Source: an uncultured Bacillus sp.
GTDB lineage: Bacteria > Bacillota > Bacilli > ZCTH02-B2
Assembly: GCA_947085265.1 (NCBI GenBank)
Contig: CAMTVR010000012.1
Coordinates: 178,180 to 242,179 of the forward strand
Direction: 5' to 3'
DNA: 64,000 nt
Below the pieces are notes generated by a model. The model saw nothing but the letters and a program-made list of their open reading frames with translations, was not told the DNA's origin and did not search any database. The position numbers and the translations under genes are program-made. Within the stretch, counting starts at the first letter, position 1. Every line of letters starts with the position of its first letter. Below, one piece after another: positions 9,972 through 19,746 of the stretch.

Positions 9972-11732
9972 ATGATTGATCAACTATCGTGGAAAGTGGG
10001 CGGCCAACAAGGAGAAGGAATCGACAGCACAGGTGAAATATTTGCTTCGGCATTGAACCGACTGGGGTATTACCTATATGGATACCGTCACTTTTCATCA
10101 CGGATCAAGGGAGGGCACACGAATAGCAAAATTCGTGTCAGTACACGCTTGATCCGTTCCATATCGGATGATCTAGACATTCTGGTCGCATTTGATCAGG
10201 AAACCATTGATGTGAACTGCCATGAATTGCGACCAGGTGGGGTAATCATCGCGGATGCCAAGTTTTCACCTGTTCTCCCGGAAAATGTGATATCGGACAT
10301 TCGTCTGTATGCGGTACCTCTGACTGAAATTGCCGAACAGCTCGGGACCTCACTGATGAAAAACATGGTTGCGGTGGGGGCATCATCTGCATTGTTGGGC
10401 TTGGATCCGGGCGTTTTTCAGGAAGTCGTAGAGGGCCTTTTTTTGCGTAAAGGGAAACAAGTGGTTGAAAATAACATGCAGGCCTTGCTTCAGGGCGCTG
10501 CCTTTATCCAGGAACATGCCTCTGATGTGCTCGGGGAGTTTAAGCTCCAACCAGGGGACGGTAAGAGGCGCCTTTTTATGATCGGTAACGATGCGATCTC
10601 ACTTGGTGCCATTGCTGCAGGATGCCGGATCATGGCAGCCTATCCGATCACGCCGGCTTCCGATATTATGGAATATCTGGCGAAAAAGCTGCCCCAATTT
10701 GGTGGTACAGTGATTCAGACGGAAGACGAAATTGCGGCCATGAACCTGGTCATTGGGGCGGCATACGCGGGAGCTCGCGCCATGACGGCTTCGGCTGGTC
10801 CGGGGTTATCGCTGAAGACGGAGGCAATCGGTTTGGCCGGGATGACCGAGACACCTGTCGTCATTGTGGATACCCAACGCGGCGGGCCAAGCACCGGTTT
10901 GCCGACAAAGACGGAGCAGTCGGATATCAACGCGATGATCTATTCCACGCACGGTGAAATTCCGAAAATCGTCATCGCACCGAGTACGGCGGAAGAGGCC
11001 TTTTACGATACGGTTGAGGCGTTCAATTTGGCGGAAGAATATCAATGTCCCGTGATCATTCTGACTGATCTGCAATTGTCTCTTGGCAAACAGACTGTGG
11101 AACCGCTGGATTATAGCAAGGTGGAGATTCGCCGTGGAAAACTGCTTGCAGGTCAAGAATTGCCGGCTATCCAGGGGAACTTTAAGCGCTATGAATTGAC
11201 CAAAGACGGCATCTCCCCGCGGGTGGTTCCCGGGCAGAAATACGGTATTCACCATGTCACAGGGGTGGAACATAGTGAAACCGGTAGTCCGTCCGAAGCC
11301 CCCGAAAACCGTAAGAAAATGATGGAGAAACGGCTTCGCAAGTTGCAAAACCTGCGCTTTCCTTCGCCTCTGTATGTGCATGCCAAACATGAGGAAGCTG
11401 ATATCCTGTTCGTTGGAATCAATTCGACTCGCGGGACGATTCAAGAGGCGCTGGAACGATTAGAAAAAGAAGGATTGAAGGTGAATCACGTCCATGTGCG
11501 GCTGGTTCACCCATTTCCGGCGGAACAAATGAAACCATACGTTGAAAAGGCCAAAATGGTCATGGTCGTTGAAAATAACGCAACAGGTCAATTGGCCAAT
11601 CAAATCAAGCTGCACGTAGGTCATGCCGAGAAGGTGAAGAACATTTTAAAATATGACGGCAATCCGTTCTTGCCCAAAGAGATTGAATCTCAGGCAAAGG
11701 CTCTGTTTACCCTGGAAAAGGAGCTGATTTGA
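9972..11732 (+). CDS. korA: 2-oxoacid:ferredoxin oxidoreductase alpha subunit (KorA)
   Basis: PFOR domain I/III architecture, about 586 aa; ATG at 9972 after GAAGGGGTG RBS; directly followed by the TPP-binding beta subunit. Confidence 0.85.
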   Translation: MIDQLSWKVGGQQGEGIDSTGEIFASALNRLGYYLYGYRHFSSRIKGGHTNSKIRVSTRLIRSISDDLDILVAFDQETIDVNCHELRPGGVIIADAKFSPVLPENVISDIRLYAVPLTEIAEQLGTSLMKNMVAVGASSALLGLDPGVFQEVVEGLFLRKGKQVVENNMQALLQGAAFIQEHASDVLGEFKLQPGDGKRRLFMIGNDAISLGAIAAGCRIMAAYPITPASDIMEYLAKKLPQFGGTVIQTEDEIAAMNLVIGAAYAGARAMTASAGPGLSLKTEAIGLAGMTETPVVIVDTQRGGPSTGLPTKTEQSDINAMIYSTHGEIPKIVIAPSTAEEAFYDTVEAFNLAEEYQCPVIILTDLQLSLGKQTVEPLDYSKVEIRRGKLLAGQELPAIQGNFKRYELTKDGISPRVVPGQKYGIHHVTGVEHSETGSPSEAPENRKKMMEKRLRKLQNLRFPSPLYVHAKHEEADILFVGINSTRGTIQEALERLEKEGLKVNHVHVRLVHPFPAEQMKPYVEKAKMVMVVENNATGQLANQIKLHVGHAEKVKNILKYDGNPFLPKEIESQAKALFTLEKELI

Positions 11733-11733
11733 G

Positions 11734-12594
11734 ATGGCAACGGTGAAAGATTTTCGGAATAACATCAAACCCAACTGGTGTCCCGGCTGCGGCGATTTTT
11801 CGGTTCAAGCTTCCATTCAACGAGCCTGTGCCAACTTGGGTCTGGAACCTGAGCAGGTTGCGATTATCTCTGGAATCGGATGTTCCGGAAGAATTTCGGG
11901 ATATATCAACGCGTATGGTTTTCATGGTGTTCATGGGCGAGCCCTGCCCCTTGCACAAGGAGTCAAACTGGCCAACCGCGAACTGACGGTTATCGCGGCG
12001 GGAGGTGACGGCGATGGGTTTGCCATCGGTTTGAATCACACGATTCATGCGATGCGGAGAAATATTGACATTACCTATATCGTCATGGATAATCAGGTCT
12101 ACGGCCTGACAAAAGGACAAACTTCGCCTCGAAGCCAAACCGGTTTTGTCACCAAAAGCACTCCGCAGGGAGCGGTCGAACAGCCGATTGCGCCGATCGA
12201 GATGGCGCTCGCGGCAGGCGCAAGTTTTGTCGCGCAAGGTTTTTCAAGCAACGTCAAGCAACTGACCAGCTTGATCGAACAAGCGATTCAGCATCGCGGA
12301 TTCTCGTTTGTCAATGTGTTTAGCCCATGTGTCACTTATAACAAGATCAACACCTACGACTGGTTCAGGCAGAATGTCGTCGAGCTAGGCGATGATTATG
12401 AACCGTATGATCGTCAAAAGGCATTACAAATCGTCCATGAGACCAATGGCTTGGTCACCGGTTTGTTGTATGTCAATCGAGACGCCAAGCCTTACGAAGA
12501 TTTACTGCAAGGCTTCACCGATATTCCTTTTGTCAATGCCGACCTGACCGTTGCACCTGATCAATTCCAGGAGCTCTTACAAGAGTTCGTATAA
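11734..12594 (+). CDS. korB: 2-oxoacid:ferredoxin oxidoreductase beta subunit (KorB), TPP-binding
   Basis: NWCPGCGDF and GDG TPP-binding motifs; translationally coupled to korA. Confidence 0.9.
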   Translation: MATVKDFRNNIKPNWCPGCGDFSVQASIQRACANLGLEPEQVAIISGIGCSGRISGYINAYGFHGVHGRALPLAQGVKLANRELTVIAAGGDGDGFAIGLNHTIHAMRRNIDITYIVMDNQVYGLTKGQTSPRSQTGFVTKSTPQGAVEQPIAPIEMALAAGASFVAQGFSSNVKQLTSLIEQAIQHRGFSFVNVFSPCVTYNKINTYDWFRQNVVELGDDYEPYDRQKALQIVHETNGLVTGLLYVNRDAKPYEDLLQGFTDIPFVNADLTVAPDQFQELLQEFV

Positions 12595-12615
12595 ACCGTT
12601 TGCATACGGTCAAAG

Positions 12616-12648
12616 AACAGCCGTTCCCGTGAACGGCTGTTCTTTTTC
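12616..12648 (+). terminator. rho-independent terminator after korB
   Basis: AACAGCCGTTC-CCGT-GAACGGCTGTT perfect 11-bp stem followed by CTTTTTC. Confidence 0.85.
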
Positions 12649-12812
12649 ATTGGTCGACTTTCATTCGCAGATCCAGTATAATGTGTAGTGTTATCTAAAT
12701 GAAAGAAAACCGGAATTCTGCATTGAAAAGGCCTTCAACACATTGGGATTCATCGATCGTTCGTTTTGATAGAACGCAAATAGACGGTTTGAAATAGACG
12801 GTTAAAGAAAGG

Positions 12813-14285
12813 GTGAGTCAGATGGGAATTCTGATAACGCCGGATCAACTCAGAGCAAAAAAGCGGGGAAAAGAAGAGGTCCAGATTCATCGGTTTGAAT
12901 CGATTCCATCAGAGTTGAGGGAACTGGGAAAAGGAAAGAAATACCTGATTCGAACCTATGGGTGCCAGATGAATGTGCATGACAGCGAGACCATCGCCGG
13001 TCTTCTGGAAATGATGGGGTACCAAGAGACAGCGGATGAGTGTGAGGCAGATTTGATTCTCTTTAATACCTGTGCGATTCGTGAAAATGCAGAGGACAAA
13101 GTGTTTGGCGAGCTCGGACGCCTCAAACCGCTCAAGACCACGAACCCAGGACTCATTCTAGGCGTATGCGGTTGTATGGCACAGGAAGAAACGGTTGTCC
13201 AGCGAATTCTGCAAGCCTATCCGCACGTGGATCTGGTGTTCGGCACTCACAATATCCACCGACTTCCCCATCTCCTGAAGGAAGCGCTGTACAGCAAGGA
13301 GATGGTGGTGGAAGTTTGGTCAAAAGAAGGGGATATTGTTGAACATCTGCCAAAGGCTCGCCGGGAGTCGCTAAGGGCGTGGGTGAATATCATGTACGGG
13401 TGTGACAAGTTCTGCACTTACTGCATCGTCCCTTACACACGCGGCAAAGAACGAAGTCGCCTTCCACAAGATGTACTGGATGAGGTGCGCCATCTGGCGC
13501 GTCACGGATATCAAGAGATCACCCTGCTTGGGCAAAATGTCAACGCATATGGCAAAGATTTTACAGATTTCCGGTATGACTTTGCGGACTTGCTGGATGA
13601 GGTGCGCAAAATCGGGATTCCGCGTGTTCGTTTTACGACCAGTCATCCAAAAGATTTTGATGATCGTCTTATCGAAGTGCTGGCCAAAGGCGGTAATCTC
13701 GTGGAGCATGTTCATTTGCCGGTTCAATCTGGCAATACCACTGTCCTGAAGCGGATGGCACGCAAGTATACCCGCGAGGAATATTTGCGGCTGGTTGAAA
13801 AAATCAAGCGAGCAATTCCAGGAGTTGTTCTAACGACGGATATCATCGTCGGTTTCCCCGGCGAAACAGAGGAACAGTTTGCCGATACGCTTTCTCTGGT
13901 CAAAGAGGTGGAGTTTGATTCGGCCTTTACCTTTATCTACTCCCCTCGCCCCGGAACGCCGGCTGCTAAGTACAAAGATGACGTTCCCATGGAAGAGAAG
14001 AAGCAAAGACTGGAACGACTGAACGAGTTGCAAGGCGAGATAAGCCGCCGGAAAAACGAGCAACTGCGCGGACAAGTGGTTGAAGTCCTGGTGGAAGGAG
14101 AAAGCAAGACAGACGCTGATGTTCTCAGCGGACGGACCCGCACCAACAAATTGGTTCACTTTAAAGGTCCTAAAGCGCTCATTGGTCAACTGATTTCAGT
14201 CAAAATCACCCAACCCCAGACTTGGACGCTCAAAGGCGAATGGATCGAAATGCCAAAATATGAAGTGGTGGAGGCAGTACAGTGA
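12813..14285 (+). CDS. miaB: tRNA-2-methylthio-N6-dimethylallyladenosine synthase MiaB (radical SAM)
   Basis: MTTase N-domain [11 protein letters not shown], radical SAM CxxxCxxC (CDKFCTYC), TRAM domain; a TATAAT -10 lies at 12677-12682 upstream. Confidence 0.9.
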   Translation: MSQMGILITPDQLRAKKRGKEEVQIHRFESIPSELRELGKGKKYLIRTYGCQMNVHDSETIAGLLEMMGYQETADECEADLILFNTCAIRENAEDKVFGELGRLKPLKTTNPGLILGVCGCMAQEETVVQRILQAYPHVDLVFGTHNIHRLPHLLKEALYSKEMVVEVWSKEGDIVEHLPKARRESLRAWVNIMYGCDKFCTYCIVPYTRGKERSRLPQDVLDEVRHLARHGYQEITLLGQNVNAYGKDFTDFRYDFADLLDEVRKIGIPRVRFTTSHPKDFDDRLIEVLAKGGNLVEHVHLPVQSGNTTVLKRMARKYTREEYLRLVEKIKRAIPGVVLTTDIIVGFPGETEEQFADTLSLVKEVEFDSAFTFIYSPRPGTPAAKYKDDVPMEEKKQRLERLNELQGEISRRKNEQLRGQVVEVLVEGESKTDADVLSGRTRTNKLVHFKGPKALIGQLISVKITQPQTWTLKGEWIEMPKYEVVEAVQ

Positions 14286-14761
14286 TGAATAAAACGGAAG
14301 AGACGCAATTGTCCACCGGCTCCAAAAACGATGGCGCACCATCGGTTTCGCTGCAAGAGATTATGGAAAAAGCCCGCCAATTGGCCGATCTGATTGTACA
14401 GTCGGAAGAGGTGGACTTCTACCGGCGGGCTGAACAACAAATTAAACGAAGCCAAAAAGTGCAGTCGTTGATTGCCCAGATCAAGCGAAAACAAAAAGAA
14501 CTCGTTCATGCCAAACATTTGAACAAGGAACAGCTGGCTGCCCAACTGGAAGAAGAATTGGAAAGGTTGCAGGATGAGCTGGATGAAATTCCAATTGTGG
14601 CTGAATTTAAAGAATCTCAACTGGAAATCAACGATCTCCTCCAGATGGTAACCAATGTGATTGCCAATACGATTTCCGAAAAAATCATTCTTTCTACGGG
14701 AGGCAACCTATTAACTGGGGAGACTGGTTTGATCTCTCTTGAAGGCGAAGAAAAAGAATAG
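14282..14761 (+). CDS. ricA: YmcA/RicA family regulatory protein (YlbF/YmcA superfamily)
   Basis: size and position (miaB-ymcA-cotE) match B. subtilis; helical Q/E/K-rich YmcA-like sequence. Confidence 0.75.
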   Translation: MMNKTEETQLSTGSKNDGAPSVSLQEIMEKARQLADLIVQSEEVDFYRRAEQQIKRSQKVQSLIAQIKRKQKELVHAKHLNKEQLAAQLEEELERLQDELDEIPIVAEFKESQLEINDLLQMVTNVIANTISEKIILSTGGNLLTGETGLISLEGEEKE

Positions 14762-14845
14762 ATGTCGCCAACAAGTTGTGGCAGGATGATTCACCCATGA
14801 CAGATGCCCTGCATACAATTGTACTGAAGAATTGTATGGAGGAGG

Positions 14846-15424
14846 TTGAATATGTCAACTGCCACCCAACGGTACCAATGTCGAGAGATCTTCGCCAAGG
14901 CGGTTTGTGGCAAAGGTCGGAAGTTTTCTCAGTCCACGCATACGGTAACTCCCTCGACCCCACCGGTTCACATTCTTGGCGCTTGGGTGATCAATCACAA
15001 GTATAAAGCGATAAAATCCGGAGATTTTGTGGAAATTGTCGGCACCTATGATCTAAACGTATGGTATGCTTGTGAGAAAAATACCAAGACGGAAGTGGCC
15101 AACGAGACGGTTTCCTATGTGGATCACGTTCCCCTTTCTTTTTTAGATGGCAACATGAAGGACAGCGATGTGCAGGTGCTGGTGACGCCCACATTGGAAC
15201 CCAACTGCATTGATGCGTATCTTTCGCCAAATGGCACCCATTTTGTCATCGAAGTGGAACGGGAGTTTTTAGTGGAGATCATTGGCGAGACGAAACTGTC
15301 GGTTCTGGTCTGCTCCAGTGATGAAGATTGGGTTGATAAAGATTTTGACTTAGATTTTATGGATGATGAACTTCCAAATGATCTTTCCGATGAAGACGAT
15401 GAAGCAGATGATTTGCTTTTGTAA
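14846..15424 (+). CDS. cotE: spore coat morphogenetic protein CotE
   Basis: strong similarity to B. subtilis CotE (ILGxWxINHKY, EIxGxYDxNVWY, ISPNG...EREFL) with acidic C-terminal tail; synteny upstream of mutS. Confidence 0.85.
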   Translation: MNMSTATQRYQCREIFAKAVCGKGRKFSQSTHTVTPSTPPVHILGAWVINHKYKAIKSGDFVEIVGTYDLNVWYACEKNTKTEVANETVSYVDHVPLSFLDGNMKDSDVQVLVTPTLEPNCIDAYLSPNGTHFVIEVEREFLVEIIGETKLSVLVCSSDEDWVDKDFDLDFMDDELPNDLSDEDDEADDLLL

Positions 15425-15454
15425 TCAAAAATGAATGATTGAATGCCTTTCATG

Positions 15455-15488
15455 GAGCCCCTCTCCAAATCGAAGGGACTCTTTTTTC
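15455..15488 (+). terminator. probable terminator after cotE
   Basis: imperfect GAGCCCC...GGGACTC stem followed by TTTTTT. Confidence 0.45.
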
Positions 15489-15604
15489 ACGGGGCATTCT
15501 TTTTTTACATACTTTAGAATGTAGCCATTCACCATTAACCCTGGTTCAGAAGCATTCCCTTTAGCTTCTAGCTCCACCAGGAGAAGCCGAAGCATCACTC
15601 TCCT

Positions 15605-17026
15605 GTGGCAGCTGCAAAAGGGGGGAAGGAGTTGCAAGGATTTCTGCTTCATCGAAATCGAAAAGATCTTGCAAAAAAAGCCCGTGAAGAAGGGTTAATG
15701 GAAGGAGGTACCATACCATCTCACATTCAACCTGATGTTTTGATTTTATGGGATCAGCACATGATGTCAGACCATTCTAATCATTCTAACATTATTGTGC
15801 TCAATCGGCAGCAAGCCGTTCAGCAAGCGATGGATGCCAACGTGCGAACAAGCATTTTACAACTAAGTGGGATATCGTGCGTTACATCTGAAAAACCCAT
15901 CCGTTTTCCGCGGAGGTATTACATCGTTTTATTTCAGCACCAAGTCATGGGAGTGTATTTGTTCCAAAAAGCAACCGTATGGCAGATGGATGAAAAAAAA
16001 TCCCGATTACAAAGAGGGACGTTCCTTCCGCAGAAAAAGTATTCACTGGAGGTGAAACGAGCCATCCGTTTGGCCATCGGCGCTCTCTACGCAATGGGTT
16101 TAGATTTTGGGGGGATCTTGATCGGTGTTCGAACATCCCATTCGATGAAGATCATCGATATTGATCCGACACCTCATTGCACACCTGCCGTTTTAGGACA
16201 TTATGCACGAACCTTTGTCCGGTATTGTCGGACCATCATGGAGCCAGATGAAATGACCCTCGGCACCGACATCGAATTCTTATTGAGTAGCCGATCCGGA
16301 AAGCCGGTTCCGGCCTCTCGATTTATGTCTTATCGAGGAAGGGTGGGATATGATGCATACCGTGATCCCCAGAATCGGTCCGTGCACCCGATTGCAGAGC
16401 TTCGCCCTTTACCAAGTAAACATCCTCTGCAACTCTATCGAAACTTGTATGCAACCATGAAACAGGCCAATAAAATGATTGGCTCATCCAACTTGTCCTG
16501 GTTGGCAGGGAATGAACCCATCGCAAATCTTCCGATTGGTGGACATTTGCATTTTGGCAATGTACCTTTTCATTTTTTGTTGCTTCGTGTTTTGGATGAA
16601 TATTTGGCTTTACCGTTTCGCATTTTAGAAGATCCACGAGGCATCTCGCGACGGCCCAAATATGGAAAGTTAGGGGATGTACGGACCAAACGGCATGGGT
16701 TTGAATACCGAACATTGTCCAGCTTTATTTATTCTCCCAAAATCACGCTCGCCACATTTGTCCTGGCAAAGTTCCTCGTTCATCACCATTTAAAACTTCC
16801 CATTGGGACGTTGTTGAATCCGGATGTATTGCATTCTTATTACCGTGGAAATGGAGCTGAGCTCTACTCACTTGCTGAAGCCAAAATGTCATTGATTGAA
16901 TCGCTTCCGCAATATGAAAATGTCAAGGAGCATGTCAATCCATTATTTCAAAAAATACGTGAAGGAACTCCTTGGGATGAAAAGAAAGATATTCGCCCTG
17001 CCTGGAGGCTGACCTTGCCTTACTGA
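15605..17026 (+). CDS. hypothetical protein (function unknown; C-terminal half faintly resembles GS-like/COOH-NH2 amidoligase domains); start codon uncertain
   Basis: long ORF with good coding texture between cotE and mutS; no motif I can name confidently; no clean RBS at the candidate starts 15605 (GTG), 15632 (TTG) or 15698 (ATG). Confidence 0.45.
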   Translation: MAAAKGGKELQGFLLHRNRKDLAKKAREEGLMEGGTIPSHIQPDVLILWDQHMMSDHSNHSNIIVLNRQQAVQQAMDANVRTSILQLSGISCVTSEKPIRFPRRYYIVLFQHQVMGVYLFQKATVWQMDEKKSRLQRGTFLPQKKYSLEVKRAIRLAIGALYAMGLDFGGILIGVRTSHSMKIIDIDPTPHCTPAVLGHYARTFVRYCRTIMEPDEMTLGTDIEFLLSSRSGKPVPASRFMSYRGRVGYDAYRDPQNRSVHPIAELRPLPSKHPLQLYRNLYATMKQANKMIGSSNLSWLAGNEPIANLPIGGHLHFGNVPFHFLLLRVLDEYLALPFRILEDPRGISRRPKYGKLGDVRTKRHGFEYRTLSSFIYSPKITLATFVLAKFLVHHHLKLPIGTLLNPDVLHSYYRGNGAELYSLAEAKMSLIESLPQYENVKEHVNPLFQKIREGTPWDEKKDIRPAWRLTLPY

Positions 17027-17074
17027 TACTTATGTTATAATACTGGCAAAACACCAGCAGCGAGGCGGAGAAAC

Positions 17075-19744
17075 ATGGGCTCTGTAGCAAATAAACCAAC
17101 GGGCAAACTGACGCCTATGATGGAACAATATTTTTCGATCAAGGAAGCGCATCCCGATGCCTTCTTGTTTTTTCGTCTGGGCGATTTTTATGAACTTTTC
17201 TTTGATGATGCCGTTCAGGCGTCCGAGATGCTCGGTTTAACGCTGACCAGTCGTGGAATGATAGGGGACCAACCCATCCCGATGTGCGGGGTACCATACC
17301 ATGCAGCGGATACATATATCGAACAACTGATTGCGCTTGGATATAAAGTGGCGATCTGTGAGCAGGTGGAGGATCCGAAGACGGCCAAGGGTGTCGTGCG
17401 ACGAGAAGTCGTTCAAATCATCACGCCGGGAACATGGCTTGGAAATGAAGAAAAAGGAAATAGCTACATCTGCTCGATTTTTTTGCAGGATGAATTCTTT
17501 TACCTGGCTTCTGGTGATCTCAGCACAGGGGAACTGGAACTTGTTCGCCATCCAATGTCCCTGGAAGGAGTGTTAGATGAGTGTGCGAGATACCAGCCGC
17601 GTGAGATTCTCCTGGCGGATACACTCACACACCCGTTGAGGCATTCTTTTGAGCGGCGGTTTAAGGGGATCATCACGACCGTTACACCACCTGATAAAGA
17701 GAAAAGCAGTCAATTACTCGCAACCTGGCTCGTTGATCCGCCCGTTTTACATCTTGCGGCGCAGCAGACGATCGGCCAGTTGCTTCATTATTGGCAAGAG
17801 ACGCAAAAGCGGGTCCTCCGGCATTTTCATCTTTCACTGGTCGAGGCAACGCAGTATCTGTTGATGGATGGATTTACGGTTCGCAATCTGGAGCTGTTTG
17901 AGCGGTTATCCGGAGACAAAAAGGCGACCTTGCTCGATCATTTGGACCGAACAGCGACCACCATGGGAGCTAGGCGGTTAAGGCAGTGGCTGGCCAAACC
18001 ATTGGTGGATCGGAGCCAAATTGAACAAAGGCTGGAGGCAGTGGAAGCGCTGGTGGAAGATCCGATGCGGCGCGAAGAGATCCGACAAATCCTGCGGCAA
18101 GTATACGATCTGGAACGAATCGCCACCCGCGTTGCCATGGGCATCGCCTCGCCAAAAGATTTGCTCTCGCTGAAACAATCGTTGGAGCAAGTGCCTGATT
18201 TGCGCACCCATTGCCTTTCCTCATCTTCCTCGTCACTCCAGCAATTAGGCGCGGTCATGGACCTTTGTTTGCCAGTTCGCGAATTGATTGAACGGGCCAT
18301 TGCTCCAGATGCACCTGTACAATTTCAGGAGGGTCGCGTGATACGGGATGGGTACGATCCGCAATTGGATGAGCTCAGACAGATCGCACGAGAGGGTAAG
18401 AAATGGATTGCGGAACTGGAAGCTCACGAACGCGAGGCCACCGGGATTAAATCCTTAAAGATCGGGTTTAATCAAGTGTTTGGCTATTACATCGAGGTCA
18501 CGAAGGCCAATTTTGCGCTGGTGCCTTTGGATCGTTATCAGCGGAAGCAGACATTGGCCAATGCAGAGCGTTACGTGACCGAAGAGCTGAAGGAACGGGA
18601 ACGGCTAATCCTGGAAGCGGAAGAAAAGCTGGCGGCTTTGGAATATCAACGATTTGTTGAGGTACGAGAACAAGTGGCGGCTTCTACACACCGCATTCAA
18701 TCGCTGGCGCGGAACTTGGCAATTTTGGATCTTTATGCCACATTTGCGGAAATCAGCGTACAGGAGCGGTATGTTCGCCCAGTTTTTTCCACAAACCAGC
18801 GCATGAACATTGTTGAAGGGCGACATCCCGTCGTTGAAAAGATGATCTCGGACCAATCTTTTATCGCGAACGATACCAGGATGGATCACCAATGCCGGAT
18901 CTTGCTTTTGACGGGTCCCAACATGGCGGGAAAGAGCACCTATATGCGCCAAGTGGCGTTGATTGCCATTTTGGCGCAAATCGGCTGTTTTGTGCCAGCC
19001 ACCAGCGCTGAGTTGCCTTTATTTGACCGCATCTTTACACGGATTGGCGCATCGGATGATCTGGCCAGCGGGCAAAGCACCTTCATGGTGGAAATGAATG
19101 AAATAAGACTGACCACGACTCAAGCCACGAAAAACAGCCTGGTGATCATTGATGAGCTGGGCAGGGGAACCTCCACCGAAGACGGGATGGCGATCGCTTG
19201 CGCAGTGATTGAGTATTTGCATGATCAGATCGGGTGTTTATCGTTAGTCTCTACCCATTATCACGAGTTGGCCGAGTTGGAATCGACGCTTCAGGGACTG
19301 AAAAATGTCAGCATGGCTGTGGAAGAGACGGAAAATGATGTCCTCTTCTTGCGCCGTTTGATAGAAGGACCCGCGAGCAAAAGTTACGGAATTTATTGTG
19401 CGAAGTTGGCGGGTCTTCCAGCATCCATTATCGAGCGCGCTGAACAACTCCTCGCGCATTATGCCTCGAACGAAATAAAAAACCGGATGGGAGAGACGAA
19501 ATCCGCGCAATCGATGGGAGAACCAGAATTTGCAACCGTTCGCGAAGAGGTGGCTGCCACATCAAAAGCATTTGAGGAGGCCGGAACACAGCAATTGAGT
19601 TTGTTTGGCGAAGCGGATGATCGAGATGGAAAACCGATTCAGGAAATCTTGGACAAATTGAAAAAGTTGGATCTGGACCGGACCACGCCACTTCAGGCGT
19701 TGCAAATTTTGTACCAATTAAAGCGGAAAGGAGGGTGGTTGTAA
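17075..19744 (+). CDS. mutS: DNA mismatch repair protein MutS
   Basis: TPMMEQY N-terminus, Walker A GPNMAGKST, full-length MutS architecture. Confidence 0.95.
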   Translation: MGSVANKPTGKLTPMMEQYFSIKEAHPDAFLFFRLGDFYELFFDDAVQASEMLGLTLTSRGMIGDQPIPMCGVPYHAADTYIEQLIALGYKVAICEQVEDPKTAKGVVRREVVQIITPGTWLGNEEKGNSYICSIFLQDEFFYLASGDLSTGELELVRHPMSLEGVLDECARYQPREILLADTLTHPLRHSFERRFKGIITTVTPPDKEKSSQLLATWLVDPPVLHLAAQQTIGQLLHYWQETQKRVLRHFHLSLVEATQYLLMDGFTVRNLELFERLSGDKKATLLDHLDRTATTMGARRLRQWLAKPLVDRSQIEQRLEAVEALVEDPMRREEIRQILRQVYDLERIATRVAMGIASPKDLLSLKQSLEQVPDLRTHCLSSSSSSLQQLGAVMDLCLPVRELIERAIAPDAPVQFQEGRVIRDGYDPQLDELRQIAREGKKWIAELEAHEREATGIKSLKIGFNQVFGYYIEVTKANFALVPLDRYQRKQTLANAERYVTEELKERERLILEAEEKLAALEYQRFVEVREQVAASTHRIQSLARNLAILDLYATFAEISVQERYVRPVFSTNQRMNIVEGRHPVVEKMISDQSFIANDTRMDHQCRILLLTGPNMAGKSTYMRQVALIAILAQIGCFVPATSAELPLFDRIFTRIGASDDLASGQSTFMVEMNEIRLTTTQATKNSLVIIDELGRGTSTEDGMAIACAVIEYLHDQIGCLSLVSTHYHELAELESTLQGLKNVSMAVEETENDVLFLRRLIEGPASKSYGIYCAKLAGLPASIIERAEQLLAHYASNEIKNRMGETKSAQSMGEPEFATVREEVAATSKAFEEAGTQQLSLFGEADDRDGKPIQEILDKLKKLDLDRTTPLQALQILYQLKRKGGWL

Positions 19745-19746
19745 TC

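Noticed and set aside
10622-10957. 111-aa ORF inside korA in another frame
   Set aside because: It is embedded in a well-supported conserved gene, with a Gly/Arg-rich translation typical of a GC-rich alternate frame.
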